A stretch of 64,000 nt of DNA from the NCBI GenBank assembly GCA_012026655.1, contig JAAILG010000201.1, positions 62,001-126,000 of the forward strand, in the 5' to 3' direction. Below are positions 39,501-48,500 of this stretch, piece after piece. Each line of letters begins with the position of its first letter. Within the stretch, counting starts at the first letter, position 1. Below the pieces are notes generated by a model. It was not told where the DNA came from. It saw only the letters and a program-made list of their open reading frames with translations, and made no database searches. A program made the translations under genes and the position numbers. The stretch is from Hydrolagus affinis (Eukaryota).

Positions 39501-42500
39501 ATGAAAAAGGGTTAAGTACCTCAACATGCTGCTACTCTACATTTTTCTTGGTAAATTGTAATTTTGTTGCATTTTTAAGGTGTTCTGAAGCTAATACTAA
39601 TCCTTATATTTGGTGGTGCCCTTCCATGCTTCAAGACGTCTCAAAGCACATCACAGAATATATTGTAAAGTGAATTGACTGTATAAATCCATCAATCAAC
39701 TAACAACCGGGTTCCTACTTACAAGCTGTCGTTGATTGACATGACCATTTATTATTGTTTTTTTGGAGGGATTATTATTAGACGTGTGGAGTAAGAAAAC
39801 TTGCTCAGGGTTTTGCCCTGCCTGGAATTGAACCCAGGTCACTCGCTTATAAGGAGAGTGCTCTAACCACTGAGCTACAGGACTTCACTTTAAAACACTT
39901 TAAGACAGATAAAATGTCAAAGATGACTAAGTTCAAGCACCTTAATTTATATTATTCTTTTGGGTGGATCCTACGAACATGCACTCCAGAAGAGGAGAAA
40001 CACATTGTGCACCACTCCCTAAAATTGCTTCTATTGGAAGTTATGACAGACCAGCTGAGATCATTTAACTGGGTGTAGACCAGAGATTGCAGCTAGAATT
40101 GGTTCTGGCCAGTATGACTCAGCACCACAACAGTCATGCAGCTATTCAACAAAAACAAGTCAATCTGCATTTTAACAAGTTCAATCAATGTAAAGACAGA
40201 AGTACTCTAAAACCTGCATACAGTAGTAACACATTTTAAACTTTGCTCGGTCAGTATGTATAATGTCATTCATTGATTAGTAGGTGGTTCTCATTTACAA
40301 CCAGTTTTTCCAGTCCTGGTTGTAAGAGCACTGCAAATTAAGTCAAGCATAGACCACTAGTTTTAATGTTTGCCACCCATTTTTCATAGTAACAGAAATA
40401 CATTTAACAGTAATTATCATAACAAACTATCTGAAGCAATGGAAAAAGTTCAAACACAAAGCTAATTGATTCAGAGAAAAATAAATTGGATTAAGATTAA
40501 TCTCTGATCCAGTTCCTTGAACACCATAACTCTAATTCGTTTGAGATTTATAATCCTCATATGACTAAAATCAGTTTTGTCCACAGCCAATTAGTTAATG
40601 GTGGCTGATATTTTAAGAAACTAATTAATAAAGTTAATGCCAGATTCAAACTCTATCCACCTAAATTAAATCCCACAATGAAATCCAATCCTTAATCACA
40701 CATCAAATAAATTAAGTTTATGATGGATTTTTGCTCAAGATTTTACAAAGCTTACAGAAAGTGTCTAGGTTAATAATGCATTTATGGAAAAAGAAAATTG
40801 ATTTAGGTTTTTCACAAACACAATTAATGTTGATATGCACAGATAGATGTATGTTTTTGTTTCAAACCAAATATGAATTAATAAAGCATGACTAGAGGCA
40901 AAGGAACCAGAAACATTGCACACCAGTGCAAGTACTGTATTGCAATGCCATCCAGTTTTATGAATGCAAAACATTTTAAATATATCTAGAAAAGTTGGGG
41001 AAATAATATTCAGAGCTCTGCCATGGTATTCTTCCCTCCCACTCTTCACGGATCACAGAAAAGCAGCTGAGAAAACATCATAAATAGTTAAAAATGAAGA
41101 GAAGGCAAAATGTGTAATTAACTTTAAGATGAAACCAATGGGAATCAGTCCACTGATCGAGAGTAGCATTGAATAGATTTTAGCAACAAAAACAAATTTA
41201 CATTTGTATAGCAGCAAACCATTTAGGATTATTTTTAGAAGCTCATTGTAAAGGACATACATTAAAAACATATATGAACAATACTGAAAGCAAGACCTTC
41301 CTCAAGTACAATTCAATCACATTACAATTAATTATTTCTCTAGACTGTCACATTACTAACTGAATGTTTCACTGTACTACATTTAGACACCAATATTTTA
41401 ATTAAAAAAGGCTTTTTCCTTAATTATCTTTCCTTGTTTATTCAACTTATTAAAATAGAAACCAGATGAAATCCACCATCTTTCCAAGTTCTATACTCAG
41501 CCATAAACTGTATCTTCAATACCTAATGTTGCAATTAAATCGTACTCTGAATCATCATAACTCAGAACAAAAGACCTAATTTAGGTGGATAGAGTTGCAG
41601 AGTTCTGGATGATAATAATAATCCTTGCATCTGATATAGCGATTTTCACATCTTATCGACGTCTCAAAGTGCTTCACAGAATATACTGTAAAATGAGATG
41701 ACTGTATATTTGTGGGCGAAACGTGGCAGCCAACTGCACGAAGCAGTGTCCCACAAACAATCGTGGATTGAAAATGACCAAATTGGATTGAAAAAGCCGA
41801 CAAGGAACGAGTTTCCGTAGTCAAGCATTGAGGTGACGGTTTTGGTGGCCTGAAGGGCTAACAGGTTAGATTTAAACTATGATGAGAAGCTAAACCATCT
41901 AACTTGCTCATTAAATCTTCAGTTACTGTAACCTTAGTTAACTGTTTACCCATCTCTTCTTCAATCCTCATTTACTTAGCTCAGGTGAGTTGCTGTGCCA
42001 AGAATTGTAGGCCTATATTACTGCAGGCTCAGTACCATGTAAACTCGACTTACATATGATTTAATGAATTAATGAATTTATTTATAGTTTCAAAATCATT
42101 TTCACAAGGTAACACATGATACAAAGCTCAATGGTTGTGCCAGTTTGAGAGGATGCAAATTCTACCCCAGAATTCTCAATAAACTGTAATCTAAATTGAA
42201 TCTGATTTGTCTGAGGAAAGTGCATCTAACCATTTGCAAATCAACCCACGTGACATACAACTAAATCCAAGCAGCTGGTTCACCAGTTTGATCCCAATAA
42301 GGTTTTGGAGCCAATCCTTAAGTGTGGTTTAAATAATTTTACATTTAACAGAAGAGTGGGCCCAACATGTTTGTGGGACAATATGCATCTTAATACTGCA
42401 ATACAGACTTAGCATGAAACTAATGGTTAAATCATGACTGACCGCTGTAAACTGAACTCAAACTAATTACTGTACTCGATTTTAAATTCATACTGTACTC

Positions 42501-45500
42501 GATTCATACAAATTCAATCCACTGTCACAGCATATGATAAAAATGACCAAACTGAAACAAAGACTAGGCAATTATATAAACATTTGTATACTAGCTATTG
42601 TCAGTAGCTTAGAAACCATTTCAGGCCTAATATTTTTTGAAAGCACAAGTTAATTGTTATTCAACAATAACATGAATGTAACAGGTCAGTAACTTTCTCA
42701 GACTTATTGGCGCAGGACTAGTATCACCTTAGAAAAATATGGTATCCTATGTATTTATTAATGTAAGATTAAATAATAGTTAAATAATTAGAAATGGCTC
42801 CGATTTCATGTTCATGCATTAAGTACATCATTATTTAGTACAATTCATAATAATAAACCTTGCATTTTATATAGCACTTTTCACATCTTATCACTGTCTC
42901 AAAGCACTTCACAGAATATATGTTAATTGACTGCATACTATATTTGTGGGCGAAAGGCAGTAGCCAATTGCGCACAGCAGTGTACCACAAACCGTCATGG
43001 ATTGAAATGACCAATTCTATTTTATTATTGTGGATTTTTTGGACGGATTTGGGGCCGCTCTTAGCCACGAAAATAGCAAGACCTTTTAAATAAAGATAGT
43101 ACAGTTAGTGGTCCATCCAGTATCATGATAGAATTTGAATGTTATGTTTCCAAAGTTGAATACCCCACCAACATATTGTTTGTTCGGGAACACAATGACA
43201 AAGAGGCACTTTGGAAAATTATTCAAATTTACGCACTGCCATGATGCAGTTGCTATTTTTGAGAGAGAACTGCTAATAGAATTTTCTTTAGTCATTTCTT
43301 CCATTCTGGTCTGCCAAAGTTCTCTCCCAGTTAGTTCCCAAATCACCATCAAGAACAGTAAAGGCAAAGCCTTGAATCAGGGACTATGATGACAATCATA
43401 TTTTCATAGAATTATACAGCACAAAAAGAGGACATTCAGCCCATTCATTGCATCTGCGCCAATTCTTTGAAAAGAGCTGTCCAAATCAATCCCACTCCCC
43501 AGCTCTCTCCCCGTAGCCCTGTAAACCTGTCCTCCCCAAATAATTATCTACTTCTCTCTTAAGAGTTGTTAGCAAAACAGCTTCCACCACCCCTTCAGGC
43601 AATGCAGATCCAAACAACTCACTGTGTGAAAACATTTCTCCTAACCTCCCTTCTGTTGCTTCGAATAACTATTTTAAAACGGTATCCTCAGGTTACCGAC
43701 CCACCTGCCAGTGGAAATAGTTTATCCTTGTTTACCCTATCAAATACCCCCATAATTTTGAAAGTTACGAGGAGCTTTTGAAAACTACCTCTAAAGAGCA
43801 CCTTTCACTTTCAGAGGACGTCCCAAGGTGCTGAATAATCGAAATCAGGACAGGACCATAGGGTGGGGTGCAGGGTTGAGATGAGGGAGAGCAGATAGGT
43901 AGGAGGGAGGCCAAAGGCACAATCTTGATTTGGACCTCGAAGGAGGTAAGGAAAGGAGCAAGGCAAAGGGATTGTGGAATGGAGTTCCAAAGCATGTGGG
44001 CTGAAAGCCCAGCCACCAATGGTAGGGCGGGAGACAAGTTGCAGGCCGGAGTCTGCTGAATGGAGGGAGCAGACAGGTTGATGGAGGGTCAGCATGTCAG
44101 AGAGGTAGGAGGGGGCAAGGCCATGGAGAGCCTTGAAAGTGAGGACAAGGATTTTTAATTCTATAATCTTGAGGGATGGGGAGCCAGTGGAGCTGGGTGA
44201 GGATGGGGGCGATGGGGTCATGGAGCCTGGTGTGAGAGAGGACACGAGCTGCAGAGTTTTGGATGATCTGCAGCTTGTGGAGGGAAGAGTTGGGGAGGCC
44301 AACAAGGAGGGAGATTCCGTAGTCAAGCCTTGAGGTGTATATATGAGGGTTTCCAGCAGTCTGAGGGATGAAGCAGTGGCTGTAGAAAGTTGTCTCTCAT
44401 ACATTACTTGATGTCTGACAGGAAGTCATGGAATCATCAACAACAAAAAAATTACATTTGTATAGTGCCTTTCACATCAGGAGTATATCCCAAGTATCAA
44501 ACAAGACACATAGGTTCCTGACTGGCTTGATGAGGTGGAGTGTGAATCCGTCGAGGTTGTCAGATTATCCAAGTGCCCAGATGACATCCAACTCTCTCTC
44601 TGCTTCCACCCTCGATTCCAGGACAAATGACATCCTGACAGACGGCACTGGCGTGAGCAAATCAGTAGGGCCTCTGTCTTGTTGACATTCAAATGTAGAA
44701 AGTTAGCTCTCATCCAGTTAGTCTGTCAGGATAACAGTGGTCCTGGAATCAAGGGTGGAGGCAGAAAGATAGTGTTGGGTGTCATCCGCATTGTCACCAA
44801 CAACAACAAAATTACATTTACAGAGTGCATTTCGTGTCAGGAGGACGTCACCAAGAGAGAGCATATAGATGTTGAAAAGGAGATGGCCAAGGAGTCGTGA
44901 GAGACGCCACATGTGGGCTGGAGGAGAAGCGGTTTGTGGCAACAAAGTAGAAACAGTGGGAGAGATAAGGTTCAAACCAGGCAAGAACAAGTCCATGAAG
45001 ATTGAGCTGAGAGGAGAGGTGATGTAGGATAGAGTGGTCGTCAGTGTCGAAGACAGTACAGAGGTCAAAGGAGGACAAGGAAGCAGAGAGAGCCTGGTCG
45101 CAGATGTTCAGAATGTCATTAGAGACTTTGACCAGGGCTGTTTCTGTGCTGTGGGCAGCATGGAAGCCAGATTGGAGGGGTTCATAGACAGAATGCCAGG
45201 AAAGCAAACAGCAAAGCTGGGACATGATGACTTCTTCCAAGGCCTTGGAGACCAAAGGGAGGTTGAAGATGTGGCGGTAGCTGGAGAATAGGGATGGGTC
45301 CAGCAAAGGTTTTTTCAGGATAAGGGTGATGACAGCTGTTTTTAAAGGGTGGGAACATTGCCAATGGATAAGGAGAGATTGATGATATCAGTTAGGAGAG
45401 AAGCCAGGATGTGGAGCTGGGAGGTGAGAAGAGATGTGGGGATGGGATCGAGAGAGAAGGTAGTGTGCTTTATTTTAGAGATGATGGAGGTGGTGGTGGG

Positions 45501-48500
45501 GGAGGGAAGAAGAGATAGGCTCAAGAGCAGGGCATGAGTGGGACATGAAGTGGAGGTGATGAGGGGGGTTGCAGTGAATGGTGTAGAGGTAGCCGAACAG
45601 ATCCCCTTGATTTTGGATTCAAGGAAATCCAGCATCTCTTCACATTTGGAGGAAAGGATGGGTGAGGCGTGGGAACGTGGACGGAGGAGGCAGATAGTGG
45701 TAGATAAGAGGAGCCTGGGGTTATCCTTGTCCTCCAAGTTTATCTTGGAGTAGAAGGAAGATTCATGGAGGCAAGAACAGAGCGGCACTTCTTGGTGTGG
45801 TCAAGCCAAATCTGCTGATGGACAGTTAGTTTGGATTTGGTCCAGGTGCGTTCAGCGGCTCACACTTGTGCCTTGAGGGATTGGAGATGGCTGGTGTACT
45901 AGAGCAATTTACTTCATCACAAGTATACAGTCAATTCACTTTACAATATATTCTGTGAAACGCTTTGAGAAATCTAGAAGACATGAAAAGCACTATATCA
46001 AATGCAAGGATTATTATTATTAGCATTATTATTATTATCATCAAGTCCTGGATGACAGCCAAATTTCTCAAGCTGAATATCAGCAAGACCAAGGCCCTCC
46101 TGATTGGCTTGCGCCATTGCTTCTGCACCTCAGGCACTGGCAGCATCAGCATCCACAGATGTACACTCCACCTCACCAAGCCAATCAGGAACTAGGGCAT
46201 CTTGTTCAACCCTCAATTGTCTTTTCTCCCCCACATCCGTGCCATGACCCACTCTGTCTTCCCCTACCGCCACAACAATGTGCGATTATCACTACCTCAC
46301 CCCTGAGGCAACCAAAACCATCAAACACACATTTGTCATCCCAACACTCAACCATGGGAACCCCTTGTCGGCTTCCCCAACTCCTCCATCCACAAAGAGA
46401 TTATTTTGGGCTTGAATGCACAGAAACTCTTCTAGTACATTTTAGTTCATCTTGTTGGAGATCATCCAGAACTCTGCAGCTCTTGTCCCCTTCCGCAGCA
46501 AGCTCTGTGACCCCATTAATCCCACTGTGACCCCACTGACCCGCTCCACCATCAGTGGCTCTTTTAGCCTTTCTAGACACACCCTTTGGAATTCCATGCC
46601 ACAGTCCCTTCGCCTTGCTCCTCCTTCCAAGGCGTGACTCAAGACCTTCCTTTTCAACCTTTATCCACCCTCCTACCTCTGTGCCCTCCATCAATCCTAA
46701 CCCCTGCCCCTCCCCCACCACACATGGGTCCTGATCCCTGACTGTTCAGCGCCTTGGAACATCCTCCTGACATAAAAGGGGCTCAAAACAAAAGCAATTT
46801 TATTGTTGTTGCTGCCTTCCCTGATCCCCACCATCACTCATCTCGAGTCTGGAGCACTGATTGTCCAGTGCCTTGGGATGTCCTCCAGACAAATGTAATT
46901 TTGTTGTTGTTGGCCAGGAAACTGGGAGAAATTCACGTTCACACAGGCAGACAAGGCCTTGATTTAGCATCTCATCAGAAGGATTGCACCAAGCGGTTAT
47001 ACACAGATTAGTTCACCTTTTTGGAGATCAGCTCTCTGATGACACAGCAGCAGCATTCCTGAAGGAGGAGTGGTACATTCCCAAGGCATACATTGCATTT
47101 CTGGTTCACCTATGTGTAAAGTGGATCGTACACTCTGATTACATAATAGGAGTTCTTTTGTGCTGTTTACCTTGGGGTTCATACCTGTGGTTACCGGTTT
47201 AGAATCGGATGCTAATTATTGCGTTGAACACAACCTGAGAAGCTAGTGGTTGTCTCCAATAATCTTTCGAGCATTTTGGGGCACTTTAAATTTGTATCTT
47301 CTTTTTTCAATTTGTTCTCATATTTTAATGTTGGGGGAAGCTTATTCTGGTCTCTTTACTCTGTCAAATTTCTAATATGGACTATATTATTCAGAGTGCT
47401 TATTTTTTGCTGTATTCGGTCCTAATTCTCCTTATCCATTCTATTGTTCCAGTGTGATTGTTTCATTTTATTAAGTAGATTTTGACTCAGGCATGAGAAA
47501 AATCCTTCCTTCATCTGAATCACATGCTCTTAGTCTAGAAAAGATTTTCTGGTTTACTGTACTGTGTGCCCTGCTACAATTAAATATAATTTTAATAAGA
47601 TACATGATCTTCAAAAACGCAACAAAGGCTAACTTGGTGCCATAAAATTATTTTGTTGCAAGATACAGAAACCGAACCAAATGCTACACCACATAGGTCT
47701 CACACAAGTCAATTTCAATTATTGTAGCAACAGCCTTGTAAACGTTAGCTGCCAAGTGCAGCAATGGCAATTCTTTCTGCCTTTAATAACTTCTGTATCC
47801 AAATATCAGCCAACATGTAATTCAATGCTCATCAACAACGATAACATCAGAACACAAAATACATCAAGCAATAAATCAATTTATGTATCAATTTCCGAGT
47901 ATTCCCTTTTGAAATTATAGTACGTAATGAAACACACAGAGCACTATCAAACGGTTGTACAAATTGTAAAACTTGTGTGGTTAGTTTTTCAACTGGCCCT
48001 TTGCCCCTTGGTTGAGCACTTGACCTATTACTTCTAGCTTGCAGAAACATCTTGTGCCAGCTGGCCTAGAGTTGACTCATTCCTTCTCGTTCAAAGTACA
48101 CAATCCCGTGTGCTGATCCAACAACATTCCCACCTTGCAACGTCAACATAAAGCTGATGCATCTAAAAATGCTCAAAATTGATTTTCCTTCTGATACCGT
48201 GCTCCCCTGTGTCTTTATGCCCTAATTTGATTTTGAAGGACTGAAGCATCAGTTCAGGTTTGGTTGCTGTTCACAATCACCATCTGATGCAATTTCTGCT
48301 ATGCTAGGGTTTGAGATGGTTGGGTAGTAGAAGCACAATAAGCAGTGAAAATATTCAATTTCTAGATGTACGAATAGAACACAAGCACAACCAATAAGCA
48401 AAAAAAATGTATTGACAATCAACAAAGCATTTGATTTTAACAGTATGGACATAGACTTCACTCAACAAGCTAGCTTAGATCTGGCCAGTGAAGCTTTCCC

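Noticed and set aside
43811-45788. ORFs of 116-197 aa as host genes
   Set aside because: These are frameshifted pieces of L2 ORF2.
47930-48170. Integrase-like words ([11 protein letters not shown]) on the minus strand
   Set aside because: Motifs are too weak, spacing is inconsistent, and no LTRs or TIRs are visible.
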